Shown in pieces: positions 9,692-20,039 of a DNA stretch of 64,000 bases. Numbering within the stretch: position 1 is the stretch's first letter; every line of letters starts with the position of its first letter. Below the pieces are notes generated by a model. That model was not told where the DNA came from, did no database searches, and was given only the letters and a program-made list of their open reading frames with translations. This stretch comes from an uncultured Candidatus Saccharibacteria bacterium (lineage in GTDB: Bacteria > Patescibacteriota > Minisyncoccia > Phycocordibacterales > DSPV01), in the NCBI GenBank assembly GCA_964617735.1, contig CAZTXT010000001.1:12260-76259 (forward strand). Reading direction: 5' to 3'. The translations under genes and the position numbers were made by a program.

Positions 9692-10771
9692 TTACCCGGC
9701 CGCCTTATTGGTCCGCGCGATCTTCGATCGCTGCACGTCATTGAGCAATTCAACCAAAACCGCCGCGATCGGCACAGAGATGAGCACGCCCAACACGCCC
9801 GCGAGCTCGAACCCAGCGATAAGCGCCAAGATGACCAGGATCGGCGGGATGCCAACGATCTTCTTCACGACGAGTGGATAGATAAGATGATTCTCAAATT
9901 GATGGATGAGCAGATAGAATCCGACGACCAGAAGCCCTTTCGCAAGCCCTCCGTCCGCCAAAGCGATCAGGGTGCTCGGTATCGCCGAAAGGATAGGCCC
10001 GAAAACGGGGATGATCTCAAACATCGCGGCAAGTATCGCCAAGAGGAGCGCGTTGCGGATACCTAATACCGACAAGCCCAGAAAGACCAGGATGCCGATC
10101 AAAAGTCCGAGCAGAAGCTGTCCCTGCAGCCAGCGCCCGATCTTTACATGTGAGCGATGCCAGAGGTCGAGGATATATTCTTCCGAACGCGCCGGCAGAA
10201 CGATGCGTAAAAACTGACCGATACCGTCTTCTTGCACCGCCAGATAGAAGGAGAGCACCAAAATGAGGACAAAGCTCAAAACACCGCCAAAGAGGTTCGA
10301 GATAGTCTGCACAAATCCTTGGGACGTGCTGATGAATGCGCTGTTGAATTCCCCGATGAGATCGCTGAACGAGAATCCTTGGGTCAATCCGAAGTTCTCA
10401 ACCACCGGCGAGGCGGTAGACATTTCCCCCTTGAACGGATTCCAAATGCTCACCGAATCAAGATAGGCTGGCAGTTTTCCCAAAAGATCGGAGAGGTCGG
10501 AGATCAAAGACGGCAAGAAGAAATAAAAGAGTCCTGCAAGGATCAAGAGCAGTAAAAGATAGATAACGATGACGGCAAGGATCCGCGGGAAACGGCGCTT
10601 ACAAAGCCATATGATAAGGGGCTCGATGGCAGAAGCGATGACGAGCGCAGTGAGGATGACAACGACTAGATCGCGCATGAAGTACAAGAACCAGACCACC
10701 AAGAGGATGACGACTGTCTTGATGATGGTCGATGACGAGATCGTGATGTTGAATTCCCTTCCGGATTCCAT
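9692..10771 (-). CDS. AI-2E family transporter (PerM/UPF0118)
   Basis: Eight predicted TM helices, length and conserved C-terminal half typical of PF01594. Confidence 0.75.
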   Translation of the reverse strand: MESGREFNITISSSTIIKTVVILLVVWFLYFMRDLVVVILTALVIASAIEPLIIWLCKRRFPRILAVIVIYLLLLLILAGLFYFFLPSLISDLSDLLGKLPAYLDSVSIWNPFKGEMSTASPVVENFGLTQGFSFSDLIGEFNSAFISTSQGFVQTISNLFGGVLSFVLILVLSFYLAVQEDGIGQFLRIVLPARSEEYILDLWHRSHVKIGRWLQGQLLLGLLIGILVFLGLSVLGIRNALLLAILAAMFEIIPVFGPILSAIPSTLIALADGGLAKGLLVVGFYLLIHQFENHLIYPLVVKKIVGIPPILVILALIAGFELAGVLGVLISVPIAAVLVELLNDVQRSKIARTNKAAG

Positions 10772-10809
10772 AAGTCCTATGGTAATACGTTATCTCTATA
10801 ATGCAAAGG

Positions 10810-12096
10810 TTAGACTGCCAAGAGAGGCAGAAATTCGCCGGCGTCTTTGAAACGCCCGACGAGCGTAAAATTGAGATGCGGGCTCACGAACACTTCGTTC
10901 GCGAGCTCCCGCAGATCATTGGCTTTCACTTTCGAAATAAGATCGCGGGTTTCATCGGGAGTCCGGATCGGTTTGCGTAGGATTTCCTGATAGCCGTAGA
11001 TATCGGCGAGAGCGTCCGACGTCTCGAGCGAAAGATACATCGTACCGATGAGGTGTTCTTTCGCTTTTTTAAGTTCCTCAGCAGAGACTTCCTCGTTTTT
11101 AAGCCGCTGCATCTCGCCTAAAACCGCGGCGAGCACATCTTTGACCCGACGCTGATCCACGCCTGCGGCGACCTGAAAATATCCGTGATCCGTGAAGGAA
11201 TCGTTCGATGCCCCGACATAGTACGCGGCACCCATCTCATCGCGCACTTTCTGGAACAACCGCGAGCTCATCCCGCCGCCGAGCACCGCAGAGAGCACGC
11301 GCAGGATCGGATTGCGGGGATCATAGACATCGAACGTCCGAACGCCCACCACGAAGTGCGCTTGATCGGTCTCTTTGTGGAAGATGCGCGCAGCTGGCGA
11401 CGCTTGCTGCTCAACGACCTTTTCTTTCTGGCCTTTAGCGCCCTGCCGCGCTACTGAAAAGGTGTCGGTCACTTTCTCAAGCGCCTGCGCTGCATCGATA
11501 TTCCCCGCGATCACGACGACAGTCGAATCGGCGACATAATGTTGACTGCGATAGTCGATGAGCTGCTGCCGCGTGAATGAACTCACGATCTCTTTAGTGC
11601 CGGCGATATCCCAGCCAGCGGGCGTATCACCATACAAGAGCGATGAGAACAGCTCCTGCACTTTTCGCTGGGGGAGATCCTCGTACATATTGATCTCTTC
11701 GATGACGACACCTTTCTCTTTCTGCACGTCGGCTTCGGGAAGTTTCGAGTGCAGGTAGATGTCGGAGACAACATCGAGCGCGGTATCGAAATGCTTAAAG
11801 GCGCATTTGGCGAAATAGCCGGTGAACTCATGTGAGGTGAACGCATTATACTGCGCGCCCAAAGTATCAAGCTCCCGCGTGATGTCGAGCGCACTCTTGC
11901 GCTTCTCGGTTCCCTTGAAGCACATGTGCTCGAGGAAATGTGAAATACCGTTTATCTCTTTACGCTCATATTTCGAGCCTGCTTCGACGAGAACCATCAC
12001 AGTTACGGTCGGATGGTCTTTGATAGGCGCGATGACGACCCTCAAGCCGCTCGGCAAAACTGTTTTAGAGAATGTCATGCATGCACAGTGTATCAT
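10810..12096 (-). CDS. M16-family zinc metallopeptidase (pitrilysin-like)
   Basis: Inverted zinc motif HFLEHMCFKGT (HxxEH) plus downstream E; ~428 aa, two M16 lobes. Confidence 0.85.
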   Translation of the reverse strand: MIHCACMTFSKTVLPSGLRVVIAPIKDHPTVTVMVLVEAGSKYERKEINGISHFLEHMCFKGTEKRKSALDITRELDTLGAQYNAFTSHEFTGYFAKCAFKHFDTALDVVSDIYLHSKLPEADVQKEKGVVIEEINMYEDLPQRKVQELFSSLLYGDTPAGWDIAGTKEIVSSFTRQQLIDYRSQHYVADSTVVVIAGNIDAAQALEKVTDTFSVARQGAKGQKEKVVEQQASPAARIFHKETDQAHFVVGVRTFDVYDPRNPILRVLSAVLGGGMSSRLFQKVRDEMGAAYYVGASNDSFTDHGYFQVAAGVDQRRVKDVLAAVLGEMQRLKNEEVSAEELKKAKEHLIGTMYLSLETSDALADIYGYQEILRKPIRTPDETRDLISKVKANDLRELANEVFVSPHLNFTLVGRFKDAGEFLPLLAV

Positions 12097-12127
12097 AAAA
12101 AGCGTGCTCCCGCTTCATAATACTAAA

Positions 12128-12152
12128 GTCCCGCTCTCATACGAGAGCGGGG
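12128..12152 (-). terminator. hairpin downstream of the 12168..12758 gene
   Basis: CCCGCTCTC-atac-GAGAGCGGG, 9-bp stem. Confidence 0.4.
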
Positions 12153-12167
12153 TGGACCAACTAAAAT

Positions 12168-12758
12168 TTACAGCGAACGCCAGAAACTCGGTATGCTGCG
12201 GCGGCGCCTGAATGTAAGCGGCACTGGATTGGTCGAGACATCATTCCATGAATCTCTCAAGGCTCTGAAAAAGAACCTTCCCTTCTCAAACTCCACACGA
12301 TCAAATATTTTGAAGTGACTCGGCGGATCGAAGGTTAGATGCCAGACCTCCCCCTTAAAGGATGCAAGCGGAGAGCGGCAATGCGAAACCGATTTCCTAC
12401 GCATCGGCGAGAGTGCACGGAGATTCTCTTGGTTCGACCCTCGTGCAGGGGAGATCCCGATGACGACGCATGGTCCGCAAAAAGACTCTCCCCTGTGTAG
12501 GGAGCCGTCCATGCTCACCTTACCAAACTGATTGAAGACATTACAGAATATCTTCTCGAGCTGTGGCTCCTCCTGCGGTTTTGGAATATACTCTCCGACC
12601 TTCCATGTAAAGATGATGCCGCAGATAATGCGATCTGCTCTCACTGGAGACGTTTTGTGATCGTACTGCGCTTCCTCTGGCAACAAGCGCTGACGGGCAG
12701 TCAATTTCTTCTTCATTCGTTCCTTTCTAGCCCTAAGGCAAGGTTTATCTGTCGGCAT
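12168..12758 (-). CDS. hypothetical protein (Cys/Arg-rich, no recognisable family)
   Basis: Long ORF with a downstream hairpin, but the sequence is not clearly protein-like; weak call. Confidence 0.3.
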   Translation of the reverse strand: MPTDKPCLRARKERMKKKLTARQRLLPEEAQYDHKTSPVRADRIICGIIFTWKVGEYIPKPQEEPQLEKIFCNVFNQFGKVSMDGSLHRGESFCGPCVVIGISPARGSNQENLRALSPMRRKSVSHCRSPLASFKGEVWHLTFDPPSHFKIFDRVEFEKGRFFFRALRDSWNDVSTNPVPLTFRRRRSIPSFWRSL

Positions 12759-12811
12759 TTAATCACAGCGATACACCTCCGGTCAATCCATATGCTATAG
12801 TATGGTCTACC

Positions 12812-13846
12812 ATGCGCTTGAAGAAGTTGCTGTTCAACCTTCCCGTCGTGACCGCCTGCATCGTGGGGCTTATACTCGGCTGGTTCGCGCATCACCTCAT
12901 CGAAGATTCTATACAGCCAACGCCGCGCGGCTCGATCTTGCGCCTGAAGAATACGGGTTACCGTTTTATAGACCCGATGATCACCTGCGACATCGGTCCC
13001 GAATCGTCGTTTCCCGAGCTCGTGCCGACTAAAAAAGCCCTCAATGATATCGTCTCGCAAGCGATCCGGTCGGGAAGGGCCAACCACGTATCAGTCTATC
13101 TGCGTTCATCCAAAGTCGGCCGATGGTTCGAGATCAATGGAGACACGACATATGCACCCGCAAGCTTGCTCAAGGTGCTCATCATGATGGCCTATTTCAA
13201 AGAAGCATCGGATGCACCCGCCATCCTCGAGAAAATGATACCGTTCGAGGGCGAATCCGGCGCCGGAGTGGAAAAAGCTCAAGCGGAAACTCCGCAACTC
13301 CAAATTGGTAAGCAATACTCGATCGAAAAGATCATCGAACAGATGATCATCTACTCCGACAACGGCGCGTTGAACACGCTCGTCGATAACTTCGACGAAA
13401 AAACGCTGGACGATCTTAAACAGATCTTCTCCGATCTCAACATCCCCTCCGTCTTAACCCAAGATGAATCCAAGCTCAACGTCATGTCGGTGTCGAGCTA
13501 CAGCATGATCTTCCGCGTGCTCTTCAATGCCAGCTACCTCGACCGCGAATACTCCGAGCGCGCCCTCGAGTTGCTCTCCCGCACCAACTACACCGATGGC
13601 ATCGTCAAAGGAGTACCTCCGAACCTGCCGGTCGCACACAAGTTCGGCGTCAAAAATCTACCGGCCGATGCAACAGGCAATCCGGTCTCCGAATTGCATG
13701 ACTGCGGCATCGTCTACTATCCCAATCGTCCCTATCTTCTGTGCGTGATGACTGAAGGAAACGACCTCGACGCCCTCCAGAGCCTCATTCAAGACATATC
13801 GAAAGCGGCGTATCAAAATCTCGATATCTTCTTCTCTCATTCCTAA
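12812..13846 (+). CDS. class A beta-lactamase-like serine hydrolase, membrane-anchored
   Basis: SxxK (ASLLK), SDN (YSDNGALN) and KTG-like (HKFG) motifs in canonical order; N-terminal TM/signal. Confidence 0.7.
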   Translation: MRLKKLLFNLPVVTACIVGLILGWFAHHLIEDSIQPTPRGSILRLKNTGYRFIDPMITCDIGPESSFPELVPTKKALNDIVSQAIRSGRANHVSVYLRSSKVGRWFEINGDTTYAPASLLKVLIMMAYFKEASDAPAILEKMIPFEGESGAGVEKAQAETPQLQIGKQYSIEKIIEQMIIYSDNGALNTLVDNFDEKTLDDLKQIFSDLNIPSVLTQDESKLNVMSVSSYSMIFRVLFNASYLDREYSERALELLSRTNYTDGIVKGVPPNLPVAHKFGVKNLPADATGNPVSELHDCGIVYYPNRPYLLCVMTEGNDLDALQSLIQDISKAAYQNLDIFFSHS

Positions 13847-15162
13847 AGATCCTTGAGCGCGTGGAAATGGGCAGGAAGCTCCTCGAGTGCAACACGCTGC
13901 TGTTCTCCCGAATCGCGATCGCGGACGGTCACCGTGTCATCTTTTTCTATCGTATCGAAATCAACGGTGACACAGTAGGGCGTGCCGATCTCATCCTGCC
14001 TTCGATAGCGCTTGCCGATGTTGCCGTTGTCATCGAACTCAACGCGGCCGAGTTCTTTCTTGAGCATCGCATAAATCCCCTTTGCTTTCTCCACGAGCTT
14101 CGGTTTGTTGCGCAAAAGCGGAAACACCGCGACCTTCACCGGCGCGATCGTGGGCGAGAGTTTAAGTACCGTGCGTTTCTCTCCGCTAAGCTCATCTTCA
14201 GTGTAGGCGCTATCGAGCACCGCAAGAACGCTCCGGTCGAGGCCGAACGACGGCTCTATGCAATGCGGAATGAAACGCTCTTTCGTCGGCTCATCAGTGA
14301 ATGATAAATCAACGCCGCTTGCGGCTGAATGGGCCATGAGATCGAAGTCAGTGCGGTACGCCAGACCATACAATTCTTTCTTGCCGAACGGGAATTCGTA
14401 CTCGAAATCGATGGTTCTCTTTGAATAGTGCGCCCGTTCATTCTCGGGAACTTCGAGTTCGGAAACATTCGCGACGGCAATGCCGATATCTCTGATGAAC
14501 GCATGCATCTCCAGTCTAAATTCCTCGAAAGTCTTCTCCCAAAGCTTGGGGTGCACGAAATACTCGATCTCCATCTGCTCGAACTCGCGTGCGCGGAACG
14601 TGAAGTCGCGCGGGGCGATCTCATTGCGGAAAGCCTTGCCGATCTGCGCAAGCCCGAATGGCAATGCTGGGTGGAAAGAGTCTACGATATTCTTGAAATT
14701 AACGAACATTCCTTGCGCGGTCTCGGGACGCAGGTAAGAAACGGCGTTCTCCCCTTCTTCAGCCCCGACGTGGGTCTTGAACATCATATTGAAGGTGCGT
14801 TCAGAAGAAAGTTTGCCGCCACAGTCCGGACATTTAGTTTTATGCTCAAGTTGATCGGCACGGAATCGGTGGCCACACTTCTGGCACTCCACCAGAGGAT
14901 CGGTAAAACCCGATACATGACCCGACGCTTTCCACACCTCCTGTCGCATCAAAATAGCGGCGTCCACACCGTACATATCCTCACGGGAGTCAACAAAACG
15001 TTTCCACCACAGGCGTTTAATATTGTTCTTGAGCGCAACACCCAAAGGCCCATAATCCCACATGCCGGCGAGCCCGCCATAGATTTCAGAGCCCGGATAG
15101 ATGAATCCTCTCCGTTTGGCCAGCGAAACTATTTTATCTAAAGAATTGCTCATGTGATGCAC
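13843..15162 (-). CDS. glyQS: glycine--tRNA ligase (dimeric class II GlyQS type)
   Basis: N-terminal FIYPGSEIYGGLAGMWDYGPLG..., class II motifs, Cys-rich insertion; ~439 aa. Confidence 0.9.
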   Translation of the reverse strand: MHHMSNSLDKIVSLAKRRGFIYPGSEIYGGLAGMWDYGPLGVALKNNIKRLWWKRFVDSREDMYGVDAAILMRQEVWKASGHVSGFTDPLVECQKCGHRFRADQLEHKTKCPDCGGKLSSERTFNMMFKTHVGAEEGENAVSYLRPETAQGMFVNFKNIVDSFHPALPFGLAQIGKAFRNEIAPRDFTFRAREFEQMEIEYFVHPKLWEKTFEEFRLEMHAFIRDIGIAVANVSELEVPENERAHYSKRTIDFEYEFPFGKKELYGLAYRTDFDLMAHSAASGVDLSFTDEPTKERFIPHCIEPSFGLDRSVLAVLDSAYTEDELSGEKRTVLKLSPTIAPVKVAVFPLLRNKPKLVEKAKGIYAMLKKELGRVEFDDNGNIGKRYRRQDEIGTPYCVTVDFDTIEKDDTVTVRDRDSGEQQRVALEELPAHFHALKDL

Positions 15163-15190
15163 ACTCTACCTCTATGACATTTTTTCGCAA

Positions 15191-17149
15191 TCACTGCTGG
15201 ACTTCACCGACGCTACCACCCTGATTTCCTCCATCTTCGATACGGGTCGTAACCGGCCGTGCACTCGCTTTTATCTGGGCACCGCTAAAGCGATCGGTAG
15301 CAATGATCGTCGAATCACCCAATAGATTCGGCGTTTGTCCGTGTTGGCTTAGGCTCGGCACGAACGAGACCTGGAACGAGACTTCGCGCGGCGGGGTCGA
15401 GAAGCCGCTTCCTGCGCGGATATCGCCCGCATCCCACGTTACCTGACGCGACGAGGGATCAAAGGTCACTTCGCCGGAAGGGCTTACGTTTCCCAGCCAC
15501 GTGATATAGCCGGGCAATTCGGCCTGAACCTCGGCGCCAGACACATCGTTGAGCGTATTGGTGACTGACCAGACAATCGTGTAGGTCGTATTCTGGTCCG
15601 CCTTCGGAGGGATCGGCCCCTGATTGGAGAAGGGTCCAGTGTAATAGAGGCTCCGGCCGGTGAGCGCAAGGTTGGATGAGAGACGAATCTTGCGCGATGC
15701 GCCCGAAACGATCTCTTCGGGCACATTGGCATCGGAGAGTCGGCGCGCGCGTACGCTAACGTCGACAGAAAGCTCATTACCGCGAGTCCCTGAATAGATG
15801 AGCGAGCTGACCGGCAGCGAGGCGAACGTGAAGGACACCACGCCGCTCTCTCCCGGCTCGATGACTGCAAATTGATCCGATACACTCTTATCCCAGAGCA
15901 CCACATTGTCTACGGAGCGATAGAAGCCATCGGAGGTATCCACTGCTTGGCGATTGAGCGTATCACCGGAGAGCTTCGCTTGGATCTCGAGGTCGGCGAT
16001 GCGGCTGGGGAGGTTGTTGGCCCATGCGATCTGCGCGCGCGTCGCCTGTCCTGCGGGCATCGCAAACGGGTCGGCGCTCGAACCGTCGAGAGTAAGGGCG
16101 ACGCTCACAAATGGTTTTTTGAGCGCGATGACCTGACTGTTCGTAAGAAAAACCGTCCCGATGACTTTGGCGTCCTGCTTGCTCGGCAGACCGAGGTTGA
16201 ATCTGAAATTCCTGTCTTCCCCTTCCTGGCCTTCGAGCGTGCCGCGGATGTGGATGACGCGCCGATCGGCAGGGCGCAGATCGCCGAGGAGAAAGATATT
16301 ATTCGAATAGGTCGGAGCGGGCGATGCAGCAGAGAATGTGAACCCGAACGGATAATCGGCCTTCAGCATAAGGCCGCTCACAACACTCGCCGAGTTTGAA
16401 ACGACCTCGATCGAAAAATCTATCTCATGTCCGCTGACCGCCTCTTTGACAGCATCCACCTTCATACTGACCGGCGAACTTGAAATGACCACATCGTAAC
16501 TCTCTTCTTTGAAATAGGTCGCGCTCGAATCTTTAACACGATATTCGACGGATATTTGAATGTGTTCAACCGTATTGGCTTCGCCGAAAAGCAACGCTCG
16601 CTTGCTGCGGGTGACGACGGTCCCCGCCGCGATATTCCCCAGCGACTCCGACTCCCGCGGAAAATCTTTCTCTTCGGCATCCGCCGTATGCGTCCCCGGA
16701 GGGTATTCGATAAGCAGGGTTGCATCTTCAAGATCGACATTGTTTTGATTGGCGATGGAGAGCTCGAATGAAAGCGGCTCGCCAGCGCCGATTGACGAAG
16801 GACCGGAAACCGAGATGGAGACGTTGTTGGTCGAGATATTATTGATGCCGCCGAAAAAGATGAACACGCCGATAGAAAGCGACAGAACAAAAAATGCCAC
16901 CGCTCCCCAGATTATCTTTTTCATGACCGACTTTTGTATCGTGAACACTTTGCTCATCCGTGAAGGAATCTCTGGCTCGTTACGCCAATCCGTTGATGCT
17001 CCAATCGAGTCTTGGCTTTGAATCCCTCCCGGCAAATCCTGTTTTTCTGAAAAAGCAGCGCTGGGTGTTTCGCGTTTATAGAGGCTCTTTCGGAGCTTAT
17101 CGAGTTTATCGAACGACAACCGTGATTTTTTGGGCTCTTGCTCCGGCAT
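15191..17149 (-). CDS. large membrane-anchored surface protein (hypothetical)
   Basis: Start taken at MPEQEPKK (17149) rather than 17332 to avoid overlapping recO; one TM helix then ~550 aa of Ser/Val-rich extracellular beta-type sequence. Confidence 0.55.
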   Translation of the reverse strand: MPEQEPKKSRLSFDKLDKLRKSLYKRETPSAAFSEKQDLPGGIQSQDSIGASTDWRNEPEIPSRMSKVFTIQKSVMKKIIWGAVAFFVLSLSIGVFIFFGGINNISTNNVSISVSGPSSIGAGEPLSFELSIANQNNVDLEDATLLIEYPPGTHTADAEEKDFPRESESLGNIAAGTVVTRSKRALLFGEANTVEHIQISVEYRVKDSSATYFKEESYDVVISSSPVSMKVDAVKEAVSGHEIDFSIEVVSNSASVVSGLMLKADYPFGFTFSAASPAPTYSNNIFLLGDLRPADRRVIHIRGTLEGQEGEDRNFRFNLGLPSKQDAKVIGTVFLTNSQVIALKKPFVSVALTLDGSSADPFAMPAGQATRAQIAWANNLPSRIADLEIQAKLSGDTLNRQAVDTSDGFYRSVDNVVLWDKSVSDQFAVIEPGESGVVSFTFASLPVSSLIYSGTRGNELSVDVSVRARRLSDANVPEEIVSGASRKIRLSSNLALTGRSLYYTGPFSNQGPIPPKADQNTTYTIVWSVTNTLNDVSGAEVQAELPGYITWLGNVSPSGEVTFDPSSRQVTWDAGDIRAGSGFSTPPREVSFQVSFVPSLSQHGQTPNLLGDSTIIATDRFSGAQIKASARPVTTRIEDGGNQGGSVGEVQQ

Positions 17150-17195
17150 TCTCAAAATAATACCACATTTCTGCCGCCAATCTCGAGACAGCCCC

Positions 17196-17780
17196 CTACA
17201 GCTGGCTTGCTTTGAGCGACTCGTTGACCGAGCGCACCAAGTCACGCCGATTATGCAGCGCGGTATCCAACAGATGCTCACCCCACGCTTCGGTAGCGAG
17301 CGCTTTGGTATAGGAGGGTGAACTCCCGACATAGCCGAGGCAATAGAGGATGCGCAGAACGAAAATCAGCTCGACTTCGGCCACCGAAGCAAGCGGCGCG
17401 CGGGCAAGGAATCCGAACCCTTCAGAGAGCACCGCGAAAAGATCAGGGTTCTTCTCTTCTCCGTGAAGCATCCGGCGCAGCAGAGAAAAAATGCGCGCGA
17501 GGATGATAAGCCGCGGGCGCTCTGACTGGAAATCCTTGAAAAGGTTCTCATGGAGAGCAGCGTTGACGATGCGCCAGCCGGCGCGGCCGCGCACGAGATT
17601 GACGGTCGACAACGAGTACGGCTGCAAGCTGTAGCGCAATTTCGATTTTATCTCGCGCAAACCCTGCGCGACTGCGCGCAGCAAACCAAACTCCTGCGTG
17701 TAGAGCAGAACCTGCCGGTCTGCCTCACCCAAAGGCAGTCCTCCCAACACAAAACTTTTTGTCTCGTAGATATGATGCAT
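17196..17780 (-). CDS. recO: DNA repair protein RecO
   Basis: N-terminal OB fold (VLGGLPLGEADRQVLLYTQEFGLLRAVAQG...) typical of RecO; ~194 aa. Confidence 0.75.
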   Translation of the reverse strand: MHHIYETKSFVLGGLPLGEADRQVLLYTQEFGLLRAVAQGLREIKSKLRYSLQPYSLSTVNLVRGRAGWRIVNAALHENLFKDFQSERPRLIILARIFSLLRRMLHGEEKNPDLFAVLSEGFGFLARAPLASVAEVELIFVLRILYCLGYVGSSPSYTKALATEAWGEHLLDTALHNRRDLVRSVNESLKASQL

Positions 17781-18379
17781 TACATCTCCTCGCGTACCGT
17801 TGCCGCCGCAATCTTTTCTCCGGAGAGTTCGAGCACTGCATCCAAAACGCTGGGAAGTTCGAGGACTCCGTCGCGTGCAGTAAAATGACCTTTCTTGTGC
17901 TCGACGATAAGACTGCCGCCGAGCTGTTCGTGGAATGAGCGGCCCAGGGCGAGCGGAACGCTCGTATCATTATCGGAGAGAATTGAGACAAATGAATGGC
18001 AGTGGCGCTTAGCGCCGGTAACGTCGAAGGGTAATGTCGAGAATTCCGCTATCTCGGGTTCTTTACTATCTCCTGAAAAACCGCCGACGAACACACACCC
18101 TCCCACGCGCGTGCCGTCAAAAAGAGTGCTTAGGTACCGTGCAACCGCGATGCAGCCGAGGCTGTGCGCGACAAAATAAGTATCACGATCGGGAAGCACG
18201 ACTGCCTTCTGCAGTGCCTCGATCCATTCGTCTACTTTCGGATGAGCCGCGTTGGGCATCGCAAGGGCGAAGACGGTAAAACCATACCGCCCAAGCTCAC
18301 GCTTAAGCCACGGGAACCAATGATTCTCGGGATTGCCATCCCAGCCGTGGACGAGGAATACGCGCTTCGTATGCTCCAT
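17780..18379 (-). CDS. alpha/beta hydrolase, YdeN/RBBP9-like serine hydrolase
   Basis: VFLVHGW... start, nucleophile elbow HSLGC, ~199 aa, matches the DUF1234/YdeN family pattern. Confidence 0.7.
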   Translation of the reverse strand: MEHTKRVFLVHGWDGNPENHWFPWLKRELGRYGFTVFALAMPNAAHPKVDEWIEALQKAVVLPDRDTYFVAHSLGCIAVARYLSTLFDGTRVGGCVFVGGFSGDSKEPEIAEFSTLPFDVTGAKRHCHSFVSILSDNDTSVPLALGRSFHEQLGGSLIVEHKKGHFTARDGVLELPSVLDAVLELSGEKIAAATVREEM

Positions 18380-18440
18380 AGGAATAATGGTAGCAGAAAG
18401 AAAACATCAACGCACCCAAGCTCGAGCTTTAAAATTATGA

Positions 18441-18478
18441 ACAACCAGCGCCTGGGCTTGGGGCCCAGGCGCTGGTTG
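18441..18478 (-). terminator. strong terminator downstream of the major pilin gene
   Basis: Perfect 15-bp inverted repeat AACCAGCGCCTGGGC-ttgg-GCCCAGGCGCTGGTT followed (minus strand) by a T-rich tract. Confidence 0.7.
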
Positions 18479-18533
18479 ATTTATCCGCGCTAAGAGATTT
18501 ACCCGTTAAATCGCAACGCGATTTGGTCGGGAT

Positions 18534-19016
18534 TTAGCGAGTGACAGAAATATCTGCGGAAGCTGGAGGCTTCTGCGTACTAGGTGCAAAGATAGTGACA
18601 CGACCCGCTGAATCTACTCCGGCAGTGTATCCCGTAGTATATGTTGCGTTGCATGTAGCAACAGAGCCACCTGTAACAGTTGGGTCTACAGGGAGAGCAG
18701 GGAGATAAGTAGTGACGAGCGCTGGGCAGAGGTCAACCTTTGCGGTACCACTGAGACCTGTTATCGTACATGGGGTTGCCACAGGACATGCGGCAACTGT
18801 GAGGCCAGCTGGCAAATCTCCTTTGTGGTCAGAAGAATACTGTCCAATTGCATTAAGAATTGCGTTTACGTTTGCCTCGCGCTGACTGTTATTCGCCTGC
18901 GCAAACTGACGAGCGGGATTGATCGCAACCAATACCACTGCCGCCAGGATGGCAATGATTCCGATGACAACGAGAATTTCAATGAGTGTAAAACCTTTAT
19001 TTTTATTTTTCTTCAT
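18534..19016 (-). CDS. type IV major pilin (prepilin-type N-terminal cleavage/methylation domain)
   Basis: KGFTLIEILVVIGIIAILAAVV class III signal (G-1, E+5), small Cys-containing C-terminal globular domain; own promoter and terminator. Confidence 0.85.
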   Translation of the reverse strand: MKKNKNKGFTLIEILVVIGIIAILAAVVLVAINPARQFAQANNSQREANVNAILNAIGQYSSDHKGDLPAGLTVAACPVATPCTITGLSGTAKVDLCPALVTTYLPALPVDPTVTGGSVATCNATYTTGYTAGVDSAGRVTIFAPSTQKPPASADISVTR

Positions 19017-19127
19017 AATTTCATTATTAAACCTTTAAAACAACGATATTCGACCTCGTTTATGTGCCTATTTAAGACAAGTGCTGTTTTACCATGAAGC
19101 GCGACAAATGGCAATTGACAAAGATAT

Positions 19128-19544
19128 CTAGGGTGTTGGAGTTTCCTTCCAGCTTATGATGTTTCCGTTAGTGGTACCGACAACCACTTCAAGATTGGTA
19201 GTCGCTGCGCTCGTGCTTGCCGTAGTTTTTATCAAACTATTCCCTGCCGAAGGAGTATTCGGAGTGATGGAATAAATCCCGCACGTCGCTGATCCTATGT
19301 GAACGATCTTCCAGTTAGTAGACGAGATCGTAAGAGTCGGATCATTTACCACTGCCACAATAGCAGACTGCAGACATCCTTGGGCAAGCGCATCGCTTGC
19401 ATCCTTTCTCTCTAAATCCAAGAACATGAATCGCTGGGCTAAACCGCGATTAGCCAAGGAAAGAACTGCGGCCATGAGCACGATGCCCAAGATGATCACC
19501 GAGATAAGCGCGACAAACCCGCCTTGTTCATTTTTAGTAGGCAT
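19128..19544 (-). CDS. pilus-associated membrane-anchored protein (pseudopilin-like, non-canonical signal)
   Basis: N-terminal GGFVALISVIILGIVLMAAV hydrophobic helix without Glu+5; positioned within the pilin gene run. Confidence 0.5.
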   Translation of the reverse strand: MPTKNEQGGFVALISVIILGIVLMAAVLSLANRGLAQRFMFLDLERKDASDALAQGCLQSAIVAVVNDPTLTISSTNWKIVHIGSATCGIYSITPNTPSAGNSLIKTTASTSAATTNLEVVVGTTNGNIISWKETPTP

Positions 19545-20034
19545 AGATATAGCGTGTGTTGGGGCCGAAGTGTACTCCGTTCGCATCGAACTCAACGGAG
19601 AGTGAGCGCGGAACTCCTCCAGCAGGTGAAGTATGACGAACACTAAAATTCGAAAACGTGACTCGGGAAGCTGTTAGCGGGAGCCATGTTATACCGCCAT
19701 CTTTTGAGACTTCAATACTATTTTGAGTTAAAACACCCTGACGTAATGAGATTTTGGGGCCGGTAGTGCAATCTGGCCCTGCAGTACGAACGATAAGAGT
19801 GTTTCCAGAAAAACCTGCGCTAGGTGTACAAATTTCCACAAGGGAAGAAAGCGCCCATGCGACCTTGCGCGAGACAAAAGCCGATTCCCCATCTGTCGTT
19901 GTGCGCAGTGATAATTTATCGGCACCAGTTATCAGCGGATACGAAGTAACGATCACACCGGTGAGGATGATACCGAACAAAGCGATATAGACTAATGTTT
20001 CGATCAGGGTAAAACCCTTAATAGAAGACCTCAT
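19534..20034 (-). CDS. minor type IV pilin
   Basis: KGFTLIETLVYIALFGIIL prepilin motif. Confidence 0.8.
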   Translation of the reverse strand: MRSSIKGFTLIETLVYIALFGIILTGVIVTSYPLITGADKLSLRTTTDGESAFVSRKVAWALSSLVEICTPSAGFSGNTLIVRTAGPDCTTGPKISLRQGVLTQNSIEVSKDGGITWLPLTASRVTFSNFSVRHTSPAGGVPRSLSVEFDANGVHFGPNTRYIYAY

Positions 20035-20039
20035 TTTAT

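Noticed and set aside
12802-13087. Small ORFs on both strands at the start of the beta-lactamase-like gene
   Set aside because: Out-of-frame overlaps of the long serine-hydrolase ORF, which has ordered SxxK/SDN/KTG-like motifs.
17150-17332. N-terminal extension of the 713-aa surface-protein ORF overlapping recO
   Set aside because: Would overlap recO by 137 nt and is Arg/Cys-rich; the internal ATG at 17149 (MPEQEPKK) gives a clean non-overlapping gene.
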